This document shows positions 1 to 8,533 of a stretch of 64,000 nt of DNA, piece by piece; within the stretch, counting starts at the first letter, position 1; every line of letters begins with the position of its first letter. Position numbers and translations under genes: made by a program. This DNA comes from Pelagibacterales bacterium SAG-MED15. GTDB taxonomy: Bacteria; Pseudomonadota; Alphaproteobacteria; Pelagibacterales; Pelagibacteraceae. The notes below the pieces were generated by a model. The model did no database searches. It was not told the DNA's origin and saw only the letters and a program-made list of their open reading frames with translations. The DNA lies in NCBI GenBank assembly GCA_014654065.1, contig JACWDM010000004.1:31080-95079 (forward strand). The letters are read 5' to 3'.

Positions 1-151
1 CTCCACGCAACACTGCTTTTGTAACAACCATTTCTGTATATAGCATTACATTCTTGCTTATAAGTCTTAAAAAATATCTATCATGACGATCGGTACAATC
101 CATCATGGGAGCAACTGAAATTTTTCTATTAATTTTATTTTTAGTATCCAA
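1..151 (-). CDS. dusA: tRNA-dihydrouridine synthase A, N-terminal fragment; the gene continues past the left edge
   Basis: The reverse-strand translation reads (start)[49 protein letters not shown]. This matches the conserved DusA N-terminus (APMxDxTDRHxRYF...LYTEM). TTG at 151-149 is the only start candidate between an upstream in-frame TAA and the APMMD block. It overlaps the dctM stop region by 11 nt. The ORF is too short to appear in the ORF track. Confidence 0.7.
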   Translation of the reverse strand, partial: MDTKNKINRKISVAPMMDCTDRHDRYFLRLISKNVMLYTEMVVTKAVLRG

Positions 152-1472
152 GAGGTTTACCCATTATTTTATCTGGTAGCCATGTCACTATCTCAGGAAA
201 AATACATAAAATTAGTATAGCCAACGCCATTATAATCATAAATGGTATAGAACCTTTTAATATTTCAGACAAGCTCACGTCTGGAGTAATTCCTTTTATT
301 ATATAAAGATTTAATCCTACGGGTGGTGTAATTAATCCTATTTCCATATTAATAGTAAATACAATTGCAAACCAATAAGGGTCGAAGCCTAAAGTTGTTA
401 TAACTGGTAATAATATCGCTGAAGTCATTACAATAACTGCAACTGGAGGTAAAAAGAAACCAGCTATTAACAGAAATATATTTATTAAAATAAATACGAC
501 CCATTTGTTAGAGCTTAATTCCACCATACTCTGTGCTAAAGACTGAGTTACGTAAAGTTGAGATAGGGTAAATGCGAAAAGATAAGAGGCTGCAATAATA
601 AACATTATCATTACACTTTCTTTCATCGATACTTTAACAATATTCCATATTTTTTTTGGCTGATAAATTTTGTAGACAACTGCAATTAATACAAATACTA
701 AGAATGCTCCAACACCTGAAGCCTCGGAAGGTGTAGCAACACCTCCATACAGAACATATAAAACTCCAGCTATAATAGCTAAAAAAGGTAAAATTCTTGG
801 TAGTACTTCAAGTTTTTCTTTTAAAGTCGGAGGTTTTCTGTTCTTTAAAGCTTTTGCAGAGTCCTTATCAATAAAATAGCTATGTATGAGTGCCCATATC
901 GCAAACATTCCCGCTAACATGAAGCCTGGTATTAAGCCACATAAAAACAATCTTCCAATAGATGTACCAGTTGCAATTCCATAAACTATTAAAACAATAC
1001 TTGGTGGTATTAAAACTCCTAAAGTTCCTCCGGCTGCAATAGTGCCGGTAGCTATTTGATCTGAATATCCCCTTTTTCTCATTTCAGGAATTCCCATAGT
1101 TCCAATTGCAGCACAAGTTGCAGGACTTGATCCACTTAAAGCAGCAAAAATTGAGCAAGCACCTATATTAGAAATTACTAAACCCCCCGGGACTCTCCAC
1201 AACCATCTATCTAAACCTGTATATAAATCTTTCCCTGCTGGAGAATTGGCTACAGCCATTCCCATTAAAATAAACATTGGTATTGAAAGTAAAACAAATG
1301 AATTAAGTCCTGCATAGAATGTTTCTGCGAAAACATCTAGCATTTGAAAACCTTCGAATGAAACAAGAAGGACTATAGAAACAAAGCATAGTCCAAAGGC
1401 AATTGGGATTCCAGAAAAAAGTACTATTAAAGTAAATACCGCAACTATAATGGCAATTATAAGTGGATCCAT
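141..1472 (-). CDS. dctM: TRAP transporter large permease subunit (DctM family)
   Basis: 443 aa polytopic membrane protein with DctM-like composition and length. Its ATG shares 1 nt with the dctQ stop (TAATG). It sits in dctP-dctQ-dctM order. Confidence 0.9.
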   Translation of the reverse strand: MDPLIIAIIVAVFTLIVLFSGIPIAFGLCFVSIVLLVSFEGFQMLDVFAETFYAGLNSFVLLSIPMFILMGMAVANSPAGKDLYTGLDRWLWRVPGGLVISNIGACSIFAALSGSSPATCAAIGTMGIPEMRKRGYSDQIATGTIAAGGTLGVLIPPSIVLIVYGIATGTSIGRLFLCGLIPGFMLAGMFAIWALIHSYFIDKDSAKALKNRKPPTLKEKLEVLPRILPFLAIIAGVLYVLYGGVATPSEASGVGAFLVFVLIAVVYKIYQPKKIWNIVKVSMKESVMIMFIIAASYLFAFTLSQLYVTQSLAQSMVELSSNKWVVFILINIFLLIAGFFLPPVAVIVMTSAILLPVITTLGFDPYWFAIVFTINMEIGLITPPVGLNLYIIKGITPDVSLSEILKGSIPFMIIMALAILILCIFPEIVTWLPDKIMGKPLGY

Positions 1473-1966
1473 TAATTGTAATCCTTCGAGTCAGTTAATT
1501 TTATAATTTCAGCAATATATTGAAGTATCATTAATATAGCCCCGATCATCATCGAGGAATAAGGTATCCAAAGAGGTGGGTCCCAAACTGTACCTGTCGA
1601 ATAGTTTTTTGTAAAAGCTTCTTCAACCATTAAAAACCCAAAATAAAATAAAATTAAAAAAAATAATAAGCTTAACAATGAGGTGAAAATTTTTAATCTA
1701 ATTATATTTTTACTAGATAGAAAATCATATATCCATTCCATGCTAACATGGGCCTTTTCACTAAGGACATAGGCACTACCAATAAACGTAGAGGCAACTA
1801 AAAGCATTGTAACCAACTCTGTTTGCCAAGTAATAGCTCTTTGAAAGAAATATCTTTCAAAAACTAATTCAACTATAACTAAAATAGATAATAGCAATGC
1901 TAAGACAGCAAAAGCACCACATGCCTTCGCCAAAAAATCACAAATCTGTAAATATTTTTTTTTCAT
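1472..1966 (-). CDS. dctQ: TRAP transporter small permease subunit (DctQ family)
   Basis: 164 aa with four hydrophobic segments, lying between the DctP-like and DctM-like genes. Confidence 0.8.
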   Translation of the reverse strand: MKKKYLQICDFLAKACGAFAVLALLLSILVIVELVFERYFFQRAITWQTELVTMLLVASTFIGSAYVLSEKAHVSMEWIYDFLSSKNIIRLKIFTSLLSLLFFLILFYFGFLMVEEAFTKNYSTGTVWDPPLWIPYSSMMIGAILMILQYIAEIIKLTDSKDYN

Positions 1967-2000
1967 AAAAAAACCCCTATTTATAGAATAAATAGGGGTT
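1967..2000 (-). terminator. Intercistronic hairpin plus U-tract between dctP and dctQ; a partial terminator or attenuator
   Basis: The 10-bp inverted repeat cccctattta (1974-1983) / taaatagggg (1989-1998) has a 5-nt loop. On the transcribed (minus) strand it is followed by a run of 7 U (1973-1967) that directly abuts the dctQ ATG (1966). Confidence 0.5.
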
Positions 2001-2014
2001 CTTTATATATTCTT

Positions 2015-3025
2015 TTATTTAACTGATAAAGCCATTTCCATCAGCTTGTCGCCACCTGGCACTTTTTCAGCAAATGCTTTGTGTGAAGACTTCTTCGCAA
2101 TCTCTACCCATGCAGCATGGTCTTTTGCATCCATATATACTAACTTAACACCTGCAGCTTTGTAAGCATCTTCAAACTTTTTATCTAAGTTTTCCACTTG
2201 TGCTGTCATATATTTTTCAGCTTTTTTTCCAGCTTTCATTAAAGCCTTTTGTTGCTTAGAGTTCAATGCATCAAAAGATTTTTGTGACATAAGTATTGGT
2301 TCGTACATAAACCATAAACCAAATTTTCCTGGAGGAGTTGCGCATGAAACTTGTTCATAAATTTTGTAACTTACAAAACTTCCAGAACTAGTATTAGCAC
2401 CTGTCAATACACCAGTTTGTAAACCAGTATATATCTCTGATGAAGGCATACTTTGAATTCCTGCTCCTGCTTCCTCTAACATTTGGTTGAATGCTTTACC
2501 TGCAGCTCTCATAACTTGTCCTTTAGCGTCACTAGGATTTTTTATACATTTAGTTTTTGAAGCAAAACCACCTCCTAACCAAGCATCAGATAAAACAACT
2601 ACACCAGCATCATTTATAATTTTTTTAATTTCAGTCATCATTGGACCTTTATTAAATCTTAATGCGTGCTTATGATTTTTAACTGTTCCTGGCATTAAAG
2701 TTGCGTCAAATTCTGGATGGAATTTAGATGCATAAGCTAATGGAAAAGCAGAAATATCCAATTGACCAGTTGTCATTGGTTTCCACTGTTCTTTAGGTTT
2801 ATATAATGATTTAGCTGGATAAATTCTAATATCTATTCCAACGTTTGCTTTTTTAACCTCATCTGCAATGATCTGAACCATCTCATGACGTGGATCGTAT
2901 GATCCATCAGCTCTTTGAGTTCCTGGCCACTGATGACTTGCTTTTAACGTTACAGCATAAGCAGAACCAATAGTAGATAGAACAAAAACTAATGAAGTTA
3001 AATATAAAGATATTTTTTTTAACAT
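2015..3025 (-). CDS. dctP: TRAP transporter substrate-binding protein (DctP family); ligand unknown
   Basis: 336 aa with an N-terminal signal peptide (MLKKISLYLTSLVFVLSTIGSAYA) and DctP-like length, at the first position of the TRAP operon. Confidence 0.88.
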   Translation of the reverse strand: MLKKISLYLTSLVFVLSTIGSAYAVTLKASHQWPGTQRADGSYDPRHEMVQIIADEVKKANVGIDIRIYPAKSLYKPKEQWKPMTTGQLDISAFPLAYASKFHPEFDATLMPGTVKNHKHALRFNKGPMMTEIKKIINDAGVVVLSDAWLGGGFASKTKCIKNPSDAKGQVMRAAGKAFNQMLEEAGAGIQSMPSSEIYTGLQTGVLTGANTSSGSFVSYKIYEQVSCATPPGKFGLWFMYEPILMSQKSFDALNSKQQKALMKAGKKAEKYMTAQVENLDKKFEDAYKAAGVKLVYMDAKDHAAWVEIAKKSSHKAFAEKVPGGDKLMEMALSVK

Positions 3026-3108
3026 TGTTATCTCCCCTGTTGTTATTTAATTAATGCATTAAAATAAAGATATTGATAAGAGTCAATACTACAAAGTACA
3101 CTATAATT

Positions 3109-4251
3109 ATGGATGGACCTTTAAAAAACCTTTTAGTTGTTGATTTAACTAGAGTTCTAGTTGGACCTTACTGCACAATGATTTTATCTGACTTAGGAGC
3201 AAGAGTTATAAAAATCGAAGCTCCTGAAATTGGAGATGACTCTCGAAAATTTGGTCCTTTTATTGATGACTATTCTGCATACTTCATGTCTTTGAATAGA
3301 GGTAAAGAAAGTATTGCATTAAATTTAAAAAATGCAGACGACAAAAAAATTTTTGAAAAAATTTTATCGAAAGCAGATATTCTAGTTGAAAACTTTAAAC
3401 CTGGCACCTTAGAAAAATGGGGTTATGGATGGAAAGATGTGAATAAAAAATATCCAAAACTTATTTATGCGTCAGCGTCTGGTTTTGGTCAAACAGGTCC
3501 ACTAAAAGAACTTCCTGCTTATGATATGGTAGTGCAAGGCATGGGTGGTTTGATGAGTGTAACTGGTCAACCAAATTCTGAACCTACTAGAGTTGGAACG
3601 TCTATTGGAGATATTACAGCAGGATTATTTACAGCTATAGGAATTAACGCAGCACTTTATGATAGGCAAAAAACTGGTAAAGGAATGTTTATTGATGTTT
3701 CAATGTTAGATTGTCAAATTGCAATTTTAGAAAATGCAATTGCAAGATATCTTGCAAAGAATGAAATACCAAAACCTATGGGGTCACGTCATCCTTCTAT
3801 TGCACCATTTGAAGCTTTTAAAACTAAAGATAGCCATATTATAATCGCAGCTGGTAATGACAAATTATTTGAAAAACTTTGTAACCTTCTTGAGATGCCT
3901 GAAATAAGTAAAGATCAAAAATTTTCTGATAATTCATCAAGAGCAAAAAATATGGATGAACTTAAAAAAGTTCTTGAAAATAAATTATTAAGCAAACAAA
4001 CCAATGAATGGGTTAAAGAGATGGAGAAAGAAAAAATACCATGTGGGCCTATATTTAATATTAAAGAAGCTGTTGAAAATCCTCAGGTGGATGCAAGAAA
4101 CATGATAGTAAAAGCTTATCATAAGGTAATTGGTGATTTTAAATTAGCAGGGAATCCTATTAAAATGTCAACTTATAAAGATGAAAAAACACGTGGCGAT
4201 ATACCAGATCTTGACGAACATAGAGAGAAAATATTAAAAGAATTCAATTAA
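3109..4251 (+). CDS. Class III CoA-transferase (CaiB/BaiF family)
   Basis: N-terminal LKNLLVVDLTRVLVGPYCTMILSDLGARVIKIE, plus the blocks NRGKESIALNLK, VENFKPGTL and GTSIGDITAG, are typical of family III CoA-transferases. I prefer ATG at 3109 (MDGPLKN) over the track's TTG at 3073. Confidence 0.85.
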   Translation: MDGPLKNLLVVDLTRVLVGPYCTMILSDLGARVIKIEAPEIGDDSRKFGPFIDDYSAYFMSLNRGKESIALNLKNADDKKIFEKILSKADILVENFKPGTLEKWGYGWKDVNKKYPKLIYASASGFGQTGPLKELPAYDMVVQGMGGLMSVTGQPNSEPTRVGTSIGDITAGLFTAIGINAALYDRQKTGKGMFIDVSMLDCQIAILENAIARYLAKNEIPKPMGSRHPSIAPFEAFKTKDSHIIIAAGNDKLFEKLCNLLEMPEISKDQKFSDNSSRAKNMDELKKVLENKLLSKQTNEWVKEMEKEKIPCGPIFNIKEAVENPQVDARNMIVKAYHKVIGDFKLAGNPIKMSTYKDEKTRGDIPDLDEHREKILKEFN

Positions 4252-4276
4252 AAATATATAATGGATTTTAATATTT

Positions 4277-5707
4277 ATGATGGATAAAAAAAAGTTTTAT
4301 ATTAACGGTGAATGGGTCAATCCTGTAAAGGAAAATAATTTTGAAGTTATAAATCCTTCTACAGAGGAAATTAGTGCTATAATCTCATTGGGAAGTTCGG
4401 ACGATACCAATATAGCTGTTAAGGCTGCAAAAAAATCTTTTGAGACATGGAAAGAAACTTCTAAAGATGAAAGAATTAAATTATTAGAAAAATTATTGGA
4501 AATTTATAATTCAAGATGGGATGATATGACTAATGCTATCACTACTGAATTAGGTTGTCCTAAAGATTGGTGCTCAGCAAATCAAACAGCATCAGGTGCG
4601 GGGCATATAGAAGATTTTATCAAAAGACTAAAAGAATTTAATTTTGAACCAGGTTTTGATAAAGGTTCTGTTAATCATATTGTTTATGAACCAATAGGAG
4701 TTTGTGGTCTGATTACTCCTTGGAATTGGCCTATAAATCAAATTGCACTTAAAGTTATTCCTGCTTTAGCAACTGGCTGTACAATGATTTTGAAACCTTC
4801 AGAGATTGCTCCATTATCTGGCATGCTTTTTGCTGAAATGATACATGATGCCGGCTTTCCTGCTGGTGTATTTAACTTAGTAAATGGTGATGGTCCTGGT
4901 GTTGGCACAGATTTGTCGGGTCATCCTGATGTAGAAATGATTTCATTCACTGGATCAACAAGAGCTGGAAAGTTAATAACTAAAAATGCTGCTGATACAA
5001 TTAAAAGAGTTTGTTTAGAGCTTGGTGGTAAAGGAGGAAATATTGTCTTTGCAGACGCGTATCCTGATGCTGTCAGAGATGGTATTCGAAATGTAATGAG
5101 TAATTCAGGACAATCCTGTGATGCACCAACTAGGATGTTAGTAGAAAAATCTATTTACAGCCGTGCAGTCGAGGAAGCTGCAGATGAAGCAAATAAAATT
5201 AAAGTTGATTTAGCTAATAAGTCAGGTGACCATATAGGCCCAGTAGTATCAAAAACACAGTATGATAAAATACAAAGTTTAATTAAAAGTGGTATTGAGG
5301 AAGGAGCTAAATTAGTTGCAGGAGGTCCAGATAAACCGGAAGATTTAAAAAAAGGATATTTTATAAAACCTACTATATTTGCAGATGTTAAAAATAGTAT
5401 GAGAATAGCCAAAGAAGAAATTTTTGGTCCCGTCTTGTCAATAATGCCATTCGAAAACGAAGAGGAAGCGATTCAGATTACTAATGATACTGAATATGGA
5501 CTTGGAAATTATTTTCAAACCGAAGATAAAGAAAAAGCTAAAAGAGTAGCTAAAAAACTAAGATCTGGAATTGTTTATGTTAATCATAAACCCGCGGACT
5601 CTGGAACACCTTTTGGTGGGTATAGACAATCAGGTAACGGAAGAGAAGGTGGTAATTGGGGATTACACGAATATTTGGAAGTCAAAACAATTACAGAGTG
5701 GAAGTAG
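4277..5707 (+). CDS. NAD(P)-dependent aldehyde dehydrogenase
   Basis: 476 aa with ALDH motifs FTGSTRAGK, ELGGKG and the catalytic-Cys block NSGQSCDAPTR. Substrate is not assignable; betaine aldehyde, semialdehydes and others are possible. Confidence 0.9.
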   Translation: MMDKKKFYINGEWVNPVKENNFEVINPSTEEISAIISLGSSDDTNIAVKAAKKSFETWKETSKDERIKLLEKLLEIYNSRWDDMTNAITTELGCPKDWCSANQTASGAGHIEDFIKRLKEFNFEPGFDKGSVNHIVYEPIGVCGLITPWNWPINQIALKVIPALATGCTMILKPSEIAPLSGMLFAEMIHDAGFPAGVFNLVNGDGPGVGTDLSGHPDVEMISFTGSTRAGKLITKNAADTIKRVCLELGGKGGNIVFADAYPDAVRDGIRNVMSNSGQSCDAPTRMLVEKSIYSRAVEEAADEANKIKVDLANKSGDHIGPVVSKTQYDKIQSLIKSGIEEGAKLVAGGPDKPEDLKKGYFIKPTIFADVKNSMRIAKEEIFGPVLSIMPFENEEEAIQITNDTEYGLGNYFQTEDKEKAKRVAKKLRSGIVYVNHKPADSGTPFGGYRQSGNGREGGNWGLHEYLEVKTITEWK

Positions 5708-5725
5708 TCAACTAAGGGAGGAAAT

Positions 5726-6109
5726 GTGATTGGGTATGTTATGGTTGGTACAAGCAATCTTGAAAAAGCAATTAAGTTTTACGATGAAATTCTTAAAGTT
5801 TTAGATTTAAAGAGAATTGATACGGATGATGTTTGTGCAGGATATGGTGCAAAGGATGGACCTGGGTTAATAGAATTCTATGTTACTCTTCCTTTTAATA
5901 AAAAAGACGCTACTGGGGGTAACGGTACACAAGTTTCTTTCATAACAAATTCGAGATCAACTGTAGATAAATTTCACGAAATTGGTTTAAAAATAGGTGG
6001 AAAGAGTGAAGGTTCAGGCGGTGAAAGACCTGATGGATCTGGAGTTTATTATTCTTATATTCGAGACTTAGATGGCAATAAGATCTGTGCATTCACAAAT
6101 AACAAATAA
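5726..6109 (+). CDS. VOC / glyoxalase-bleomycin resistance family protein
   Basis: 127 aa with a VOC-like N-terminus (IGYVMVGTSNLEKAIKFYDEIL) and C-terminal YIRDLDGNKI. The GTG start is preceded by aagggagg. Confidence 0.7.
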   Translation: MIGYVMVGTSNLEKAIKFYDEILKVLDLKRIDTDDVCAGYGAKDGPGLIEFYVTLPFNKKDATGGNGTQVSFITNSRSTVDKFHEIGLKIGGKSEGSGGERPDGSGVYYSYIRDLDGNKICAFTNNK

Positions 6110-6117
6110 ACACTAAA

Positions 6118-7038
6118 ATGTCTTACTCTAATATAAAAAAAAAATTAGAGAGTGGCCAAGTAGTAATTTTAGATGGAGCTCTGGGTGCTGAATTAGAAAA
6201 AGTAGGAGCTCCAATGGATAAAAATCTATGGGTGGGTAAATGCTCTAATGATCGTCCTGATCTTGTTTTAAAAGTCCATGAAAAATATATTGAAGCTGGG
6301 GCAGATGTAATAACAACAAATACATATGCATTAGCACCAGTATCTATGAAACAGCATGGATATCAAGACAATATAACTAATTGGAATTTAAAAAGTGTTG
6401 AGATTGCAAAAGCCGCAGCTAAAAATAGTAAATCCGAAGTTATAGTTGCAGGTTCAATATCTACTTATGGTAGTTGGTATAGATTGGGGCAAGATACTCT
6501 TAAAAAAAATTTTGAAGAACATTTAAAAATTTTAGGTGATACAGGTATTGACTTAATTATTTTAGAAGCAATGACATCAGAAGTAGATACAGTAAAAACT
6601 CTTATTAATTGTTCAGAAAAAGTAAATTTACCTACTTGGCTTTCTGTTTCTTGTGCATTTGATGAAGAAACAAATAAAGTAATGCTCGGGTATCAAGAAA
6701 GTATTGGAAATACAAAAGCTGAAATATATGAAGATTTTGATAAAGCTATTAAACAATTTAGTTCATTGCATGATGGCCCAATACTAATAGCACATTCAGA
6801 TATCAAAATTATAAACGATGCTATTAAGATTATTAAAAATAATCATAAAGGCTTTATAGGAACTTATCCAAATAACGGATATTTTGAGAAACCACACTGG
6901 AAATCAGTTGAAAGCTTTACTCCTGAAAATTATTTAAATGAGGCAAAGTCTTGGGTCAAAAATGGATCTCAAATAATCGGGGGATGTTGTGGAGTAGGAC
7001 CAGACTTAATAAAACCTTTATCGACATTAAAACAATGA
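6118..7038 (+). CDS. Homocysteine S-methyltransferase family protein (MmuM/BHMT-like)
   Basis: 306 aa with VVILDGALGAELEK at the N-terminus, ITTNTY, and the C-terminal zinc-ligand block GGCCGVGP characteristic of the Hcy-binding domain. Confidence 0.85.
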   Translation: MSYSNIKKKLESGQVVILDGALGAELEKVGAPMDKNLWVGKCSNDRPDLVLKVHEKYIEAGADVITTNTYALAPVSMKQHGYQDNITNWNLKSVEIAKAAAKNSKSEVIVAGSISTYGSWYRLGQDTLKKNFEEHLKILGDTGIDLIILEAMTSEVDTVKTLINCSEKVNLPTWLSVSCAFDEETNKVMLGYQESIGNTKAEIYEDFDKAIKQFSSLHDGPILIAHSDIKIINDAIKIIKNNHKGFIGTYPNNGYFEKPHWKSVESFTPENYLNEAKSWVKNGSQIIGGCCGVGPDLIKPLSTLKQ

Positions 7039-7628
7039 GCAAAACTGAAGAAATTTTTGATAAAGCAAAAAATGAAATTCAAAATTTATGGAATAATAAC
7101 AATGAACTTTCTAATTTCGTTAAATTTCCAGATAATTTAATTTTAAAAAATATTAAATCTAAAAGAGCCCCCGTTACAAATAAACTTTTTAATTGGAGGG
7201 AAAAACTAAATACCAATCATACAGACTTACATCTAGCAATTAGTGACTTATCTCCTTATGTTAATTGGGAGCAAGGATATGAGGAAAAAGAAGTTGGTAA
7301 AGATTTTTTAAGTAAATATGGTTTTTTTGAATTAATAGGTCCTACAGGACATTATGAAACTTCGAAAATGGCTTTATATGTTAATTTTCTAGACCAAAAT
7401 GCTTATTATCCATGGCATAATCATGAGGCTGAGGAATTATATTTCATAGTATCAGGTAAAGCTAAATTTGAATGCAAAGATCAAAATATAGAAATATTAT
7501 CATCAACAAAAACAAGACTTCATAAAAGTTTTCAACCACACGCAATTACAACAATTGAAAATCAAGTATTAAGTTTTGTAATTTGGAAAAATAAATTTGA
7601 GAATGTATCAAAAATGATAAAAGGATAA
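7035..7628 (+). CDS. dddQ: Cupin-fold protein resembling the DMSP lyase DddQ
   Basis: Cupin motif 1 is WHNHEAEELYFIVSG (HxHx3Ex6G), with a second His block LHKSFQPHAI. The upstream block YGFFELIGPTGHY matches what I recall of DddQ (YGYFEL.GP.GH). The start is taken at ATG 7035, giving an ATGA overlap with the upstream stop, not at the track's 6951. Confidence 0.6.
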   Translation: MSKTEEIFDKAKNEIQNLWNNNNELSNFVKFPDNLILKNIKSKRAPVTNKLFNWREKLNTNHTDLHLAISDLSPYVNWEQGYEEKEVGKDFLSKYGFFELIGPTGHYETSKMALYVNFLDQNAYYPWHNHEAEELYFIVSGKAKFECKDQNIEILSSTKTRLHKSFQPHAITTIENQVLSFVIWKNKFENVSKMIKG

Positions 7629-7633
7629 GTTTT

Positions 7634-8533
7634 TTATTGCTTACTTACATTTTCTTTTGGAGATAAAACTACAGCAACTACTCCACCTATAATTATCAAA
7701 GAACATCCAACAATCTGTCGCCACCCAAATGGTTCGTCTGTAAGAATACTAGAGCTTACAGCACCGACTATAATTTCTGATAAAAAAAGAATTGAACATA
7801 TCCCTGCTCCTATTTGAGTTGGGGCCCATAGTATTACGATTCCAGTGGGGATAAAGTAAAAAACCGAAATAAGAACCAAGAAAGTAGTCATTGAAATAAA
7901 TGCATCAATAGATGGTACTGGCCCAAGATAATCAACAAGTAAAAGACCTGCTACAATGTTGAACAACGTTCCGTAGACGAAAAAACCAAAAATTATTGGA
8001 AATACACCATCAGTTTTAATAACTTCTAATCTGATCATTCCTCCAGCAAACATAATTCCACCTGTAAGAGCTAACCAGTCTCCTGCATTTTTTGGTAAAG
8101 GAATATTTCCTCCTTGGCCAAAAACTACCCATAATCCACCAAGAGCTAAACTTAAACTGACAACTCGTTGCCAACCATGTCTTTTTTTTAAAAAAATCAT
8201 TTCAAAAATAGTTGTCCAAACTGGAGTCATGTAAAACATTATTAAAGCTCTAACCACATCAGTTAAAAGAAAACTTAATGCGTAACATATAAACCCTCCT
8301 CCAATTAAAATTCCCATTGCTGGAAATTCAAATCCTGTATCTCTTTTTTTAATTAATCTCCAAATTGCAATGGGTAATAATATCAAGGTACCAATTATCA
8401 TCTGAGATATTGTGCCCCAACCTCCAGTCAAACCACCATCCTCTAGAATTCTTTGTGGCAACCAATATATTCCCCAAGCACCTGCTGAAACTGCTAGTGC
8501 AACTGAAATCTTATAATGGTGTGGGTGTCTCAT
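7634..8533 (-). CDS. DMT superfamily (EamA-like) transporter
   Basis: 299 aa with about 10 hydrophobic segments. ATGA overlap with the amidase stop. Confidence 0.75.
   Translation of the reverse strand: MRHPHHYKISVALAVSAGAWGIYWLPQRILEDGGLTGGWGTISQMIIGTLILLPIAIWRLIKKRDTGFEFPAMGILIGGGFICYALSFLLTDVVRALIMFYMTPVWTTIFEMIFLKKRHGWQRVVSLSLALGGLWVVFGQGGNIPLPKNAGDWLALTGGIMFAGGMIRLEVIKTDGVFPIIFGFFVYGTLFNIVAGLLLVDYLGPVPSIDAFISMTTFLVLISVFYFIPTGIVILWAPTQIGAGICSILFLSEIIVGAVSSSILTDEPFGWRQIVGCSLIIIGGVVAVVLSPKENVSKQ

Noticed and set aside
2487-2675. A 62-aa plus-strand ORF inside dctP. Similar nested antisense ORFs occur at 5155-5412, 9363-9599, 10422-10640, 12266-12463, 15094-15306, 15427-15636, 16724-17059, 19242-19470, 20492-20725, 24377-24574, 26538-26768, 29324-29533, 31118-31336, 35994-36278, 40735-40935, 44660-44926, 47374-47655, 50596-50796, 53149-53373, 54343-54776, 55996-56540, 57113-57373, 58406-58741, 59588-59908, 60530-60733 and 63585-63857.
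   Set aside because: All lie wholly within, and antisense to, long ORFs with clear family motifs. They have low-complexity or odd composition and no RBS context. These are the expected shadow ORFs.
6951-7034. The N-terminal extension of the cupin ORF, which would overlap the methyltransferase gene by 88 nt.
   Set aside because: The extension is read from the 3' end of the upstream gene in another frame. ATG 7035 gives the typical ATGA coupling and a sensible N-terminus (MSKTEEIF).
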